Shown here in pieces: positions 1-11,077 of a stretch of DNA of 64,000 nucleotides. Source of the DNA: an uncultured delta proteobacterium (lineage in GTDB: Bacteria; Myxococcota_A; Polyangia; Fen-1088). Each line of letters begins with the position of its first letter. Positions within the stretch are counted from its first letter, which is position 1. The stretch is taken from positions 288,001-352,000 of the forward strand of contig CAVTRY010000014.1 in assembly GCA_963737265.1 (NCBI GenBank). Reading direction: 5' to 3'. The notes under the pieces were generated by a model. The model was not told where the DNA came from, did no database searches, and was given only the letters and a program-made list of their open reading frames with translations. Made by a program: the position numbers and the translations under genes.

Positions 1-184
1 GCGTTCGCGCAGGCGGCGATTCTGCTCCGCAGTCCAGGCCGCCACCTCGGGCGAGTCGCCGTTTTCCAACCAGCGATACGGGATCGCGCACCTCGACGCC
101 GTGGATTTTCTCAACCACGTTTTCCGTGCGCGTCGCCGGCGGCGCGGCAAGCAGCGTTGCAACCATGATGGCCAACACTTCCTA

Positions 185-1537
185 TCACGCCCTCCCGGCC
201 ATGAGGCGTTTTACGACGGGCGAGATCGCGAGCAGCGCGATGCCGGCCGCAAAGGTGGACACCACGAACATCAGGAAGAAGTCCGCCTGGCCGCCCAGCA
301 GGTGGAACACCTGGCCCTTTTCAACCTTTTCGACCGTGCCAGCGATGAAACCCGCCATCAGATCCGAGATGAACATGGAGAAGAACCACGCGCCCATGGC
401 CAGCGATGCGAAGCGGGCGGGCGCGAGTTTGGTGACCATGGACAGGCCCACCGGCGAGAGACACAGCTCGCCGCAGGTGTGCAGCACGTAGGTGGCAATC
501 AGCCACAGCGGACTGACACGGATGCCACCGTCGGATAGCCGCGCCCCGATGACCAGCACGACGAAGCCCGAACCGAGCAGAAACAACCCCAAGGCAAAAC
601 GCACGGGCGTGCTGGGCGCGCGGTTGCGTGCCTCCACAGCCGTCCACAGCCACGCGAAAATGGGTGCGAGCAGGATTACCGAAATGGAATTCACCGATTG
701 AAAATAGGGCGCGAGAAGATTGATGCCGAGGAACATGCGGCGGGTGCGTTCTTCGGCAAAGAAGGTCATGGACGATCCCGCCTGCTCGAACGCCATCCAA
801 AAGAAGATGTTGAAGAAGGCCAGAATGGCGATGACGGCCACGCCTTTCTTTTCCTCGGCGGTAAGCGGCTGCTTTGCGCTGTCGTTGCGGCGGCCGGCGC
901 GGCTGGCGGGCACGTCGCCGATGGTCCCGAGGAAACGCCGCTTGAACGCCAGATAGACAACGAGGCCCAGCACCATGCCGAACCCCGCGGCGCTGAAGCC
1001 GACGTGCCAGCTGTAGCGGTCGGCCAGCTTGGGACAGATGATCTGGCCGATGGACGCGCCCAGATTGATGCCCATGTAGAAGATGGTGAAGGCAGCGTCG
1101 CGCCGGCGATCGTTCTCGGAATAAAGCTGACCCACCATGGTCGAGATGTTCGACTTAAAAAAGCCGGTGCCGAGAATGATGAGCGCGAGCCCGATAAAGA
1201 ACGTTGGTTTGGCGGGCACGGCAAGACAAAAATGGCCCGAGGCGATGATAATGCCGCCGATGATGACCGAACGATGCGTGCCGATCAGGCGGTCGGCCAG
1301 GTATCCGCCGAGCAGCGGCGTAAGATAAACCAGGCCCTGGTACCAGCCGTAAAGGTGGCTCGCCTGCTCCTTGCTCCAGCCGAAACCGCCCGCACTGCTG
1401 ATGAGAAATAGGGTCAGAAACGCCCGCATTCCGTAGAACGAGAAACGCTCCCACATCTCGACGCCGAAGAGCAGGAACAGGCCAGGCGGCTGCTTGTCGG
1501 GCTTGTCGGGCTTCGGGCGCGGCGGGTTGCCATCCAT
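185..1537 (-). CDS. POT/PTR family proton-dependent oligopeptide transporter (MFS)
   Basis: EMWERFSFYGMR (ExxERFxYYG-like), GTGFFKSNISTMVGQLY, FYMGINLG and GELCLSPVG motifs; many TM helices; start placed at MDGNPP (ATG 1537). Confidence 0.93.
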   Translation of the reverse strand: MDGNPPRPKPDKPDKQPPGLFLLFGVEMWERFSFYGMRAFLTLFLISSAGGFGWSKEQASHLYGWYQGLVYLTPLLGGYLADRLIGTHRSVIIGGIIIASGHFCLAVPAKPTFFIGLALIILGTGFFKSNISTMVGQLYSENDRRRDAAFTIFYMGINLGASIGQIICPKLADRYSWHVGFSAAGFGMVLGLVVYLAFKRRFLGTIGDVPASRAGRRNDSAKQPLTAEEKKGVAVIAILAFFNIFFWMAFEQAGSSMTFFAEERTRRMFLGINLLAPYFQSVNSISVILLAPIFAWLWTAVEARNRAPSTPVRFALGLFLLGSGFVVLVIGARLSDGGIRVSPLWLIATYVLHTCGELCLSPVGLSMVTKLAPARFASLAMGAWFFSMFISDLMAGFIAGTVEKVEKGQVFHLLGGQADFFLMFVVSTFAAGIALLAISPVVKRLMAGRA

Positions 1538-1608
1538 CGCTTCCGACGATTCAACGTCGATCCGCGATTTGCAACCTGGATCTTTTCGCCCGGTGATAGA
1601 TTTCGCGC

Positions 1609-2664
1609 ATGCAGAGCGCACTCCTGCGGGCTCGCTTGGTTGCCGTGAGCGCCTGGTTGGCGGCGCTGGCGTTACCGCTTTCGGCCTTTGCCGACGCGAT
1701 TTCGGTGAAGATGCTGACGCAAGTCCGGGCGGGCCAGTCGCCCAAGTTGACCATCACGGCCATCGAACCCGTGGATCATGTCGAGGTGTTGCTCAACCGC
1801 GACGACGGCAAAATGGTGGAAGAACAGATTGGCGAGCTCGGCGCGGGCGGCTGGCGCGACGTGATGCTCGACGCGAGCGTCGGCAAGCACAAATATGGCG
1901 GCCACATCAGCTGCATCTCGGGCGGCAAGCCCAGCGCAACCCAGGTTTCATTCGAGACCGTGGTGTCGGGCGTTCTCAACGTGGTGCTGGACAAGTCGCG
2001 CGTGGATTTGGCGAACGGGCGCATGGAGCTGCAGGTTTCGGTCCCCGATGGCCGAGTCGAGCTGAAGATCCTGTCGGCCACCGACGGCGCCACGCTGGTC
2101 GAGCACGAGCAGTCGTTCGTGGATCACGTGGCGAGCGATCCGTTGATCGTCAAATGGGCGCCGCCACCCAAGGGCGCCGAAGTCGGACGCATCGACGTGC
2201 GCGTGTCCGATGCAAGCGGCGCATTCCAAAGCTACTCGCTCTTCCCTTGGTCGATCTACATCCCACACGAAGAGGTCAACTTCGCCACCGACTCGGCCGC
2301 GATCGCGGTGAGCGAAGCACCCAAGCTTGCCACCAGCCTCGCCAAGATCGCCGACGCGCTCGCCAAGCACAAGGATCTCGGGCCGATCAAACTCTACATC
2401 GCCGGCCACACCGACACGGTCGGTGCCGCACCCTACAACCTGGCGTTGTCACGCAAGCGCGCGCAGGCCATCGCCGGCTGGTTCCGCAAGAATGGACTGC
2501 GTATTCCCATCGCCTTCGAGGGCTTTGGCGAGCATGCCCTGCGCGTGGCCACGCCCGACAACACCGACGAGCCGCGCAACCGGCGCGTGGACTACATACT
2601 TTCCGTCGAAGACCCCGTGCTCAAGGCCACCGATTTCCGCCCGGTGTGGAAGACCATCAAGTAG
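1609..2664 (+). CDS. Secreted OmpA-family (peptidoglycan-binding C-terminal domain) protein
   Basis: Signal peptide ending ..AFA; C-terminal VNFATDSA, GHTDTVG, N..LS.KRA, NRRVDY. Confidence 0.88.
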   Translation: MQSALLRARLVAVSAWLAALALPLSAFADAISVKMLTQVRAGQSPKLTITAIEPVDHVEVLLNRDDGKMVEEQIGELGAGGWRDVMLDASVGKHKYGGHISCISGGKPSATQVSFETVVSGVLNVVLDKSRVDLANGRMELQVSVPDGRVELKILSATDGATLVEHEQSFVDHVASDPLIVKWAPPPKGAEVGRIDVRVSDASGAFQSYSLFPWSIYIPHEEVNFATDSAAIAVSEAPKLATSLAKIADALAKHKDLGPIKLYIAGHTDTVGAAPYNLALSRKRAQAIAGWFRKNGLRIPIAFEGFGEHALRVATPDNTDEPRNRRVDYILSVEDPVLKATDFRPVWKTIK

Positions 2665-2693
2665 CCAAGCGGCCCCAAACCATATATTTTGCG
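2621..2693 (+). repeat. 73-bp direct repeat, copy 1 (ompA 3' end plus downstream spacer)
   Basis: TCAAGGCCACCG...CATATATTTTGCG is identical to 3882-3954. Confidence 0.95.
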
Positions 2694-2749
2694 GACATGC
2701 TCATCCAGTCTCCTTGCTGGCCTGCCGCCGACGGTGGACCCCGGTCGGG

Positions 2750-3010
2750 ATAGCTATACTCCAACTGCTCGAGCCCACGCCCAACCACCATGGGGGGACT
2801 CGCTCGCCACGCGAACCTAGCGCCGACCCTCTCGCACGCCTCGGAAAGCCTCTCGTTCTGCCCGTTTCGCAGCCACAGATCGATGTCCTGAGTGGTCCCA
2901 GGCACTCCTTGAAGTATCGCCGAGCTCATTCCGACCACCATGTAGTCGACGCCGCTCTCGGCAAGCGACGCCAAGAAGGCAATCTCCTCCTCGGTGAGCA
3001 GAGGAGTCAT
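2750..3010 (-). pseudogene. 3'-truncated nucleotidyltransferase-fold protein
   Basis: MTPLLTEEE...GVDYMVVGMSSAILQGVPGTTQDIDLW (G..A...G....T.DID motif); similarity ends after ~85 aa. Confidence 0.65.
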
Positions 3011-3214
3011 CGTCTGGCCAAGTCTCGCCAGCGACCGCGCATGAGCCCGCGCGCCAGCCTCTCCTGGGGAGAAAGCGTCATCAAAAAGAGATGCCCCTCG
3101 ATCACGCCTACATCGCCACCCGTTTCGCGCGCCAAGGCCTCGGCACGCCGCCGACGATCCACTCGCTCGGCCTCGATCCGATCTCAGGATCTCTTCCTCG
3201 ACGTGGCGGAGCAT
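3007..3214 (-). CDS. Small antitoxin-like partner protein (one frameshift)
   Basis: With a 1-nt correction it reads MLRHVEEEILRRIEAERVDRRRRAEALARETGGDVGVIEGHLFLMTLSPQERLARGL...; its stop overlaps (ATGA) the nucleotidyltransferase start. Confidence 0.45.
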
Positions 3215-3881
3215 AGGGCAAAGATACCACGGCCGCGAATCAGCACATCCTCCCCAAGCTCGCGAGGGAACGATGGCCAATCCGCAAGCCCTGGACCCAT
3301 GCACCACCCGGCGATCTACCTCCGCCCACCGCTCGATCCCGGCGCGATGGAGCGGCTGCGCGCGGCCGCCGAGCGAGTGTTCGCGCCTCCATGTCTACGC
3401 CGCCATGATCGAGAACAAATCGATGCTGCGAGAATTCGGACGCTTGGCGGCGAAGGAGCTCGGCGTGGATAAATAGCCGACGCGATTGTCGGCTCGAAGC
3501 CCCTGTGGATCTGGCAGGGATCCGGCAGTCTGAAGCGGCCATAGTTCGGGTCAATGGGTCGCCAGATGGCTGTGACGGTGCGGCCGCGAGTCGGCGGTGG
3601 CGCCAAGCCCGCGGCCAGCTCGGAAGTGCGACTCGTCTGTACCGTGGAATCGATATCGGAGCGCCGGGACTGGCCGCACCAACCGTAATCGGCTTCGACA
3701 TGCAGGCGTACGGGCACGCGTTCTGGCGGGCCAGTTTTCGCGGTGAAGACACCACGCAATTCCTAGATTTCTGGCGCCGCCTGCAGCCCACCGAATAGAT
3801 CCGTAGAATGAAACAACCAGCCCGTGAGGTCACGATGAAGCCAAGTCGCAACAAGGCAATGCCACTACTTCGCAAAAGCGA

Positions 3882-3954
3882 TCAAGGCCACCGATTTCCG
3901 CCCGGTGTGGAAGACCATCAAGTAGCCAAGCGGCCCCAAACCATATATTTTGCG
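3882..3954 (+). repeat. 73-bp direct repeat, copy 2
   Basis: Identical to 2621-2693; followed by the RBS and start of the GH94 gene. Confidence 0.95.
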
Positions 3955-3981
3955 CTCGCAACCTTCCAGGAGCACCACGCG

Positions 3982-6427
3982 ATGAACCCCTTTGGCCATT
4001 TCGACGACAGCAAGCGCGAATACGTGATCACCCGTCCCGACACGCCTCTGCCTTGGCTCAACTATCTTGGCCAGGACGAGTTCTTCGGGCTTTGCACCAA
4101 CACGGCCGGCGGTTACACGTTCTGGAAGGACGCCAAGCTGCGCCGCCTCACGCGCTACCGCTACAACAACGTCCCCTACGATCTTGGCGGTCGCTACATC
4201 TACGTGAACGACGCCGGCTCAGTTTGGAATCCGGGGTGGAAGCCGATCAAGGCCAAGCTCGACAGCTACGAATGCCGCCACGGACTTGGCTACACGCGCA
4301 TCATCGGACAAAAGGACGGCCTGGAAGTGGAGATGCTGTTCTTCGTGCCGCCGGGCGAGAACCTGGAGCTGTGGAAGGTCACGGTCCGCAATAAGTCGAA
4401 GGTCGCCAAGCAGCCCAAGATCTTCACGTTCCAGGAGTTCTGCCTCTTCGAGGCGGCCAACGACATGAACAACCTGCAGCGCACCTATTCGATCGGCGAG
4501 GTCGAGATCGACGGCAGTGCGATTTACCACAAGACCGAGTATCGCGAGCGCCGCGACCACTACACCCTGTTCGCCTGCACCCGTCCCGTCGACGGCTTCG
4601 ACACCAGCCGCGACGCCTTCGTCGGCATACACGAAGGTCTGCACGATCCCAAGGTGCCGTTTGCCGGCAAGTGCACGAACAGCAAGGCGTTCGGCTGGAA
4701 CCCCATCGGCGCGCACCAGGTCAACCTCGACCTGGCGCCGGGGCAGGAAGAGACGTTCTCGTTCGTGCTCGCCTACGTCGAGCAAGGCAAGGAGCCCAAG
4801 TACGACTCGCTCTATGTGATGAACAAGAAGGTGGGCAAAGCCATCCTCGACAAGTACAGCAAGCCGGGCGCCATCGACGCCGCCTTCGCCAAGCTCGGCA
4901 CGGTGTGGAACGACCTTTTGTCCAACTTCCAGGCCCAATAGCCCCGATCCAGCACGCCAATCGCATGCTCAACGTGTGGAACCAGTACCAGTGCATGGCC
5001 ACCTTCAACATGTGCCGCTCGGCCAGCATGTACGAAACCGGCATCGGCCGCGGCATGGGCTTCCGCGACAGCAACCAGGACCTGCTCGGCTTCGTGCACA
5101 TGATTCCGATCGCGCGCCCGCGAGCGCATCCTCGACATCGCGGCGACACAACTTTCCGACGGCACGTGCTTCCACCAGTACCAGCCGCTGACCAAGAAGG
5201 GCAACGCCGAGATCGGCGGCGATTTCTACGACGACCACCTGTGGCTCATCCTCTCGACCTGCGCCTACATCAAAGAGACCGGCGACCTCGGCATCCTGGA
5301 CGCGCCTTGCGGCTACGCCGACAAGCCGGACGGCAAGACCGATTTGCGCCACCACCTGGAAACCAGCATCGCCTACACCCTGAAGAAGCGCGGCCCGCAC
5401 GGCCTGCCCCTGATCGGCCACGCCGACTGGAACGACTGCCTCAACCTCAACTGCTTCTCCACGGAGCCCAACGAGAGCTTCCAGTGCGCTGGCGACGTGA
5501 AGGGCAGCAAGGCCGAGAGCGTGATGATCGCCGGCCTCTTCCTCTACGCCAGCCGCGAGATGGCGGCGCTCTACGACTTCATGGGCAAGGGCAGCGACGC
5601 CGCGCGCATGCGCGCGGGTTACGACGACATGCTCAACGTCATCGAGACGCAAGCCTGGGACGGCGAATGGTATCGCCGCGCCTACGATGCCGCTGGCACG
5701 CCCGTCGGCAGCAAGGAAAACCCCGAAGGCAAGATCTTCATCGAAAGCCAGGGCTGGTGCGTGCTCGGCGGCGCCGGGCCAGAACAACGGCCGCGCCAAG
5801 CAAGCCATGGAGAGCGTGCACAAGCACCTCTTCACCAAGAACGGCGCGGTCCTGCAGCAGCCGCCCTATTCGACCTATCACGTCGAGCTCGGCGAAGTGA
5901 CGAGCTACCCGCCCGGCGTGAAGGAAAACGCCGGCATCTTCTGCCACAACAACACTTGGATCAACCTCGGCTGGTGTCTGCTCGGCGATGGCGACCGCGC
6001 ACTTGAATACTATCTGTCCATCTGTCCGTCGGCGAAAGAAGACCAGATCGAAACCTACCGCAGCGAACCCTACGTCTACGCCCAGATGATCGCCGGCAAG
6101 GACGCGGTCTGCTTCGGCGAAGCGAAAAATAGCTGGCTCACCGGCACCGCCGCCTGGACCTTCGTCAGCGTGGCGCAAGGCCTCCTCGGCATCCAGCCCG
6201 ACTACAAGGGCCTGCGCATGGATCCCTGCATTCCCAAGGCGTGGAAGGGCTTCACGGTCAGCCGCAAGTTCCGCGGCGTGGAGTACCAGATCGACGTCAA
6301 GAACCCGAACGGCATCTGCAAAGGCGTGAAGAAGGTCGTCGTCGACGGCAAAGCTATCGCCGGCAACGTGATTCCCTTCGAAGCCGGCAAGAAGGTCGTG
6401 AAGGTCGAGATCGTGCTCGAAGCGTAG
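3982..6427 (+). CDS. GH94 glycoside phosphorylase (cellobiose/chitobiose phosphorylase-like), split by ~3 frameshifts
   Basis: [51 protein letters not shown] (catalytic Asp), [18 protein letters not shown]; CAGGAG RBS. Confidence 0.9.
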
Positions 6428-6430
6428 GCG

Positions 6431-6660
6431 AAGATAGGTCGACAGATGGTCTCCACCAACGCCTCCAGTCGTGTGTTCAAGATCCCGCTTCTCCTCGTGG
6501 CAAAAGGTCTTGCCGTCGGTGACAAGAAGCTGCAAGTCGCGCGTATCGTGAACCACACCCGGCAGCTCGTGTGGTAGGCGGTGCCCAGGCCTTCCTTGGC
6601 GCTCGATGTCCAGCGTGTCTCGATGCCCGGCGCTCCGAAAGCGGTCGGAGTTTCAGTGGA
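6431..6660 (-). pseudogene. N-terminal fragment of a GH15 glucoamylase/glucodextranase
   Basis: AFGAPGIETRWTSSAKEGLGTAY..CRVWFT, then in another frame RDLQLLVTDGKTFCHEEKRDLEH; internal deletion and truncation. Confidence 0.65.
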
Positions 6661-6753
6661 CAAAGCGCCCCTTCGTCGACGCGGCAGCAATCTTTCGCCA
6701 ACGGCGATACCCGCGTGCAAACGCGTTCGCGTCGTGTCCCGAACGTGGAGCTC

Positions 6754-8253
6754 TCATGCCATGGGTCGCCATGCGTGCCCCCCGCGCGTAAGCAATTCGT
6801 CGGCTGCCCTGGGTCCCCATGTGCCTGCGGCGTAGTTGGGGAAATTGCGCGGGGGCGACTCTGCCCACGCCTCCAGGACCGGCATCAGAACCTGCCACGC
6901 CGCTTCGATTTGGTCGGCGCGCATGAACAGGGTTGCATCATCGTTCATCACATCCCACAGCAGCGTCTCGTAGGCATCTGGCGAGGGAACCGCAAAGGCG
7001 TCCTGATAGTCAAATCGCATCTCCACCGGCCGCAAGCGCATCTGGTGACCTGGGTACTTGGCTTGAAATCCCATCACGATGCCTTCTTCGGGCTGAATGG
7101 ACAGAATCAGCCGAGACGGAGACCAATCGCGGCTGCACTCGCCGGGGAACGACCGATGCGGCACTGCACGGAATTGGATGGCCACTTCGGAAAGCTGCCG
7201 AGACAAACATTTGCCTGTGCGGAGGTAGAACGGCACACCCTGCCAACGCCAGTTGTCCACGAACAATTTCAGCGCAGCGAAAGTCTCGGTTCCTGAATGA
7301 CGGGACACCCCCGCCTCCCGGCGGTATGCCGTCATTTTCTTGCCGCGAACTTCGCCCCGATCATACTGCCCACGAACGGCATACTCATCGATCCCGGATC
7401 GGGCGATGGGTCGCAGTGCGTGCAGAACGTCGACCTTCTTATTGCGGATCTCGTCGGCGTCGAAGGAGACCATGGGCTCCATGGCTACCAGGCAGAGGAG
7501 TTGCATGAGGTGGTTTTGCACCATGTCGCGCAGGGCCCCTGCGTGTTCGTAATAGCCGCCACGGTGCCCCACGCCTACTTCTTCGGCCACGGTGATGGTG
7601 ACGTAGTCCACATAGCGCCTGTTCCAAATTGGCTCGAAGAGCGGGTTGGCGAAGCGAAAGGCAAGGATGTTTTGCACGGTTTCCTTGCCGAGGTAGTGGT
7701 CGATGCGGAAAATCTGCGACTCGCTGAAGCTCTGCCTCAACGCGCGATTCATCTCCAGTGCCGAATTCAGGTCGCGTCCGAGCGGCTTTTCCACGACGAT
7801 GCGATCGCGCGCCCGGTCCCGACTTCGCCCCGCATCGGCCAGCAGCTTGGGTATGACCGGAATCATTTCGGGCGGGGTTGCCAGGTGGAAGATGCGTCCC
7901 GCCTTTGTCTTCCACACTTTTTCCATCCGCGCGCCCGCCGTCTCCAGGCTCGAATAGGTCGCTGGGTCCTGAAAGTCCCCCTGGTGGTAGGTCACGTGCC
8001 GGGCGAAGGCGTTCCATTCCGTCTGCTTGACTTGCCTATTTCGCGCGAACTGCTCAACGCCGCCAAGAAAGCGCTTGCGCAGATCCTCGTCGCGGAAAGG
8101 GAGACGGTCCACGGCGAGGATCGCAAATTTCTCGGGCATCCGCCCATCGCGGTTCAGATCGAACAAGGACGGTATCAGTTTGCGCCAGACCAAATCGCCC
8201 GCACCGCCGAAAAGCACGATGATGGTTGGGTCAAGATCCATGGGTCCCGCCAT
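6754..8253 (-). CDS. zwf: Glucose-6-phosphate 1-dehydrogenase
   Basis: GGAGDL, RIVVEKPLG, RIDHYLGKETVQN, RDMVQNHL, RWQGVPFYLRTGK. Confidence 0.97.
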   Translation of the reverse strand: MAGPMDLDPTIIVLFGGAGDLVWRKLIPSLFDLNRDGRMPEKFAILAVDRLPFRDEDLRKRFLGGVEQFARNRQVKQTEWNAFARHVTYHQGDFQDPATYSSLETAGARMEKVWKTKAGRIFHLATPPEMIPVIPKLLADAGRSRDRARDRIVVEKPLGRDLNSALEMNRALRQSFSESQIFRIDHYLGKETVQNILAFRFANPLFEPIWNRRYVDYVTITVAEEVGVGHRGGYYEHAGALRDMVQNHLMQLLCLVAMEPMVSFDADEIRNKKVDVLHALRPIARSGIDEYAVRGQYDRGEVRGKKMTAYRREAGVSRHSGTETFAALKLFVDNWRWQGVPFYLRTGKCLSRQLSEVAIQFRAVPHRSFPGECSRDWSPSRLILSIQPEEGIVMGFQAKYPGHQMRLRPVEMRFDYQDAFAVPSPDAYETLLWDVMNDDATLFMRADQIEAAWQVLMPVLEAWAESPPRNFPNYAAGTWGPRAADELLTRGGHAWRPMA

Positions 8254-8384
8254 GGGTCCGTGCCGGTCTGAGCGCTATCATCAAGTCTCCCCCAAAGATT
8301 CAATAGATGCCGGTCACGGCCGTAACGATTCGGCCGGCTTGTTCGGCGTGGCCGATCGCGGATTTGCCTCGTAGACTGCATGCC

Positions 8385-9452
8385 ATGAACATTTCCGACA
8401 TCGAGAAGCACCTCGGAGCAGAAGCCCCAAGTCTGCTCACCTATTCGTGCAAGGGCATCGCCAAGAACTTGCTACACGCGCCCGGCGGCGATTTCGTCGA
8501 TCGTGTCTTGCTCGAAAGCGATCGCTCTATTCGCGTGCTCACGCAACTCGAGCGGGTGCTGCAGTCGGGCCGGCTCAAAGGTACGGGCTATGTTTCGATC
8601 TTGCCCGTGGACCAGGGCATCGAGCATTCGGCCGGCGCGTCCTTCGCCAAGAACCCACTCTATTTCGATCCTTCCAACATCGTGAAGCTCGCCTATGAGG
8701 GCGGCTGCAACGCCGTCGCTTCCACGCTTGGCGTGCTCGGTATCGTCAGCCGAAAGTGGGCGCCCAAGATCCCCTTCATCGTCAAGCTCAATCACAACGA
8801 GCTTTTGACCTTCCCCAACAAGGCCAGCGAATTCTATTTTGGCGCGGTCGAACAGGCCCACGAGATGGGCGCGGCGGGCGTGGGCGCCACCATCTACTTC
8901 GGCGGCGAAACCAGCCAGCGCGAGATCGAGGAAACCACCAAGGTGTTCCAGCACGCCCACGAACTCGGCATGTTCACCGTGCTTTGGTGCTACTTGCGCA
9001 ACAAGGCCTTCAAGACCAAGGAAAAGGATTTCCACGTCGCGGCCGATCTGACCGGCCAGGCCAATCACCTCGGCGTGACCATCGAGGCCGACATCATCAA
9101 ACAGAAGCTTCCCGAGAACAACGGCGGCTACCCTGCGCTCAACCAGAGCGGAAGTTACGGCAAGTTCGACAAGCGCATGTACACCGACCTCATTCCCGAT
9201 CACCCGATTGAATACACGCGCTACCAAGTGGCGAATTGCTACATGGGCCGCGCCGGTCTCATCAATTCGGGTGGCGCCTCGGGCGACAACGACTTCGCCG
9301 AGGCCGTGAAAACCGCGGTGATCAACAAACGCGCCGGGGGCATGGGCCTTATTTCCGGTCGTAAGGCCTTTCAACGTCCTCTCGCTGAGGGCGTTCAATT
9401 GCTGAACGCCATCCAGGACGTCTATCTTTGCAAGGACGTGACCTTGGCGTGA
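8385..9452 (+). CDS. fbaB: Class I fructose-bisphosphate aldolase
   Basis: [34 protein letters not shown] (Schiff-base Lys), [18 protein letters not shown]. Confidence 0.95.
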   Translation: MNISDIEKHLGAEAPSLLTYSCKGIAKNLLHAPGGDFVDRVLLESDRSIRVLTQLERVLQSGRLKGTGYVSILPVDQGIEHSAGASFAKNPLYFDPSNIVKLAYEGGCNAVASTLGVLGIVSRKWAPKIPFIVKLNHNELLTFPNKASEFYFGAVEQAHEMGAAGVGATIYFGGETSQREIEETTKVFQHAHELGMFTVLWCYLRNKAFKTKEKDFHVAADLTGQANHLGVTIEADIIKQKLPENNGGYPALNQSGSYGKFDKRMYTDLIPDHPIEYTRYQVANCYMGRAGLINSGGASGDNDFAEAVKTAVINKRAGGMGLISGRKAFQRPLAEGVQLLNAIQDVYLCKDVTLA

Positions 9453-9517
9453 CGATGGACGGGCCGCGTATCGCGCGGAGGTGCGGATCGGGAATAGCCT
9501 ATCAGTTCGGAGCGACT

Positions 9518-10129
9518 TCAGACGCGACCGCGGAACCAACCGGCGATGCTGTGACGGGGTTTGTTCGCCGCCAGCACTTCGTGCGGAAATTCCTCGCTGA
9601 GGAACAGAACCATCAGGCCGGGTTTGGGCAGAATCCGGGCCACGGCGCTCTGGTTGCCACCCCGGTAAAGGAGCAGCTCGCCGCCGTCGACCGGGTCCCA
9701 TCCGTCATTGAGGTAAACGACGGTCGACAACAGGCGGTTCTTCTGGCCGCTCAGCGTGTCCAGATGCCGGTCGTAACGGGCTCCGACGCCGTAGATTGCG
9801 TAGTGGCATTCGTAGTTGAACAGCCCCAGGGTGAGCCGCTGGTTAAGGCCGATGCGCAGCTTTTCCATCACGGTCAGGAACGAACGGTCCGCAGCCTTCG
9901 CGTCGTCGAGCCAGCGGATCGCGTCGCCACGGATGCTAGCGTCGTGCGTTCGCTGCTCGCCCCTTCCCACGGCCGCGGGCGCGAAGCATGCGACCGCGCT
10001 TTCGCAGCAGCCCCGGTCGAGACGAGCGCGCAGTGCGGGCGAAAGTGAATTTTCCAGGACGGCGAAACCGCCGGATCGAAGCGCGCTGGCGATGGCATCG
10101 ACATCCACGGGCCCGCCACCATCCCGCAC
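9518..10129 (-). CDS. 2OG-Fe(II) oxygenase (prolyl-hydroxylase-like)
   Basis: IRGDAIRWL, YDRHLD (HxD), GGELLLY, FPHEVL, R.SIAGWF. Confidence 0.88.
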   Translation of the reverse strand: MRDGGGPVDVDAIASALRSGGFAVLENSLSPALRARLDRGCCESAVACFAPAAVGRGEQRTHDASIRGDAIRWLDDAKAADRSFLTVMEKLRIGLNQRLTLGLFNYECHYAIYGVGARYDRHLDTLSGQKNRLLSTVVYLNDGWDPVDGGELLLYRGGNQSAVARILPKPGLMVLFLSEEFPHEVLAANKPRHSIAGWFRGRV

Positions 10130-10151
10130 TTGTTGCTGCGTCTGGCCTTTG

Positions 10152-10487
10152 CTACGGCTTCCCGGTCTCGGCGCGGAATTTGATGCCGCAGCCGAGGCTC
10201 TTTGTCTCAGCCGTCTTCGGCGAGTGGCCGGCCGCTACCGCTGCGAGGGCATCGCCGAGGTAGTGGGCTGTCACTTTGTCGGGATCGGCACGGTTGTCGT
10301 CGATGGTGCCCCGGTAGGCTAGCCTACCGTCAGCCGCGAAGAGGAACGCTTCGGGTGTTACGGAGGCATGCGGCAAGAGGGGATTGTTCTCGGCGGATGC
10401 GGCGAACGCAGCAGACGCGGCGGCGACGAGAGCGGCGCTGGCAAGCGCAAGCGCGAAGGGTGTCTTTATGCGACTGCTTCGGGTCAT
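10152..10487 (-). pseudogene. Exported redoxin with its catalytic core deleted
   Basis: Signal peptide joined directly to C-terminal motifs TPEAFLF..GRLAYRGTIDD and GCGIK; no CxxC segment. Confidence 0.6.
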
Positions 10488-11077
10488 GGTGTTTTTCCTT
10501 TGCGGCGAGGCAGCAGTCGGTTCCAGGCCGCTTTCAGTGCGTTGTCGCTTACCTCCCCGTACCAGCGCTGCTGGACTCGGCCTCGCCCATCGAACAAAAG
10601 GGACGCAGGCAGGGCTCCGCTCCATTTCGGGTCGAGGGCATTGATGAAGGTCATGTCGTCGCCGCGTTTCATCCAGGTTGCAAAGTCCACCCCTTGCGAG
10701 GCAAGGAAGCTGACCACCTTGTCGCGATCGGACTCGTCGTCGGCCGAAACCAGAACCAGGCGCAGTCCTTCGTCGCCGTGCTCGCGGAAAAATCTCAGCA
10801 AGCGTGGCATCTCGGCGCGGCACGGATCGCACCAGGTTGCCCACACATTGACCAGCACCGTCTTGGCACCCGGCCTTCTGATTTCGCCGAGAATCGCCTG
10901 TGCGTCTGCGTCACGAAGCGACGCCTGCGCGGCCTGCGCGAAAGCCGACTTCCCGGGCAGCACGATCACGGCCAGACATGCGAGGGCGGCGCACGCCGAC
11001 CGGCTGAGCCGGGTTGTCCATGTTGCTACAAGTCGCAAGGGCAGTCCTGAGTCGTTCCGTCCTGAAGAACTGTCCAA
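10484..11077 (-). CDS. TlpA-family thiol-disulfide oxidoreductase (true start probably downstream of 11077)
   Basis: VLVNVWATWCDPCRAEMP, GALPASLLFD. Confidence 0.88.
   Translation of the reverse strand: MDSSSGRNDSGLPLRLVATWTTRLSRSACAALACLAVIVLPGKSAFAQAAQASLRDADAQAILGEIRRPGAKTVLVNVWATWCDPCRAEMPRLLRFFREHGDEGLRLVLVSADDESDRDKVVSFLASQGVDFATWMKRGDDMTFINALDPKWSGALPASLLFDGRGRVQQRWYGEVSDNALKAAWNRLLPRRKGKTP

Noticed and set aside
3982-6427. Programmed frameshifting or true pseudogenisation of GH94 and other split genes
   Set aside because: Single-base indels are scattered across many otherwise conserved genes with no slippery motifs, so sequencing error is more likely. This cannot be settled without reads.
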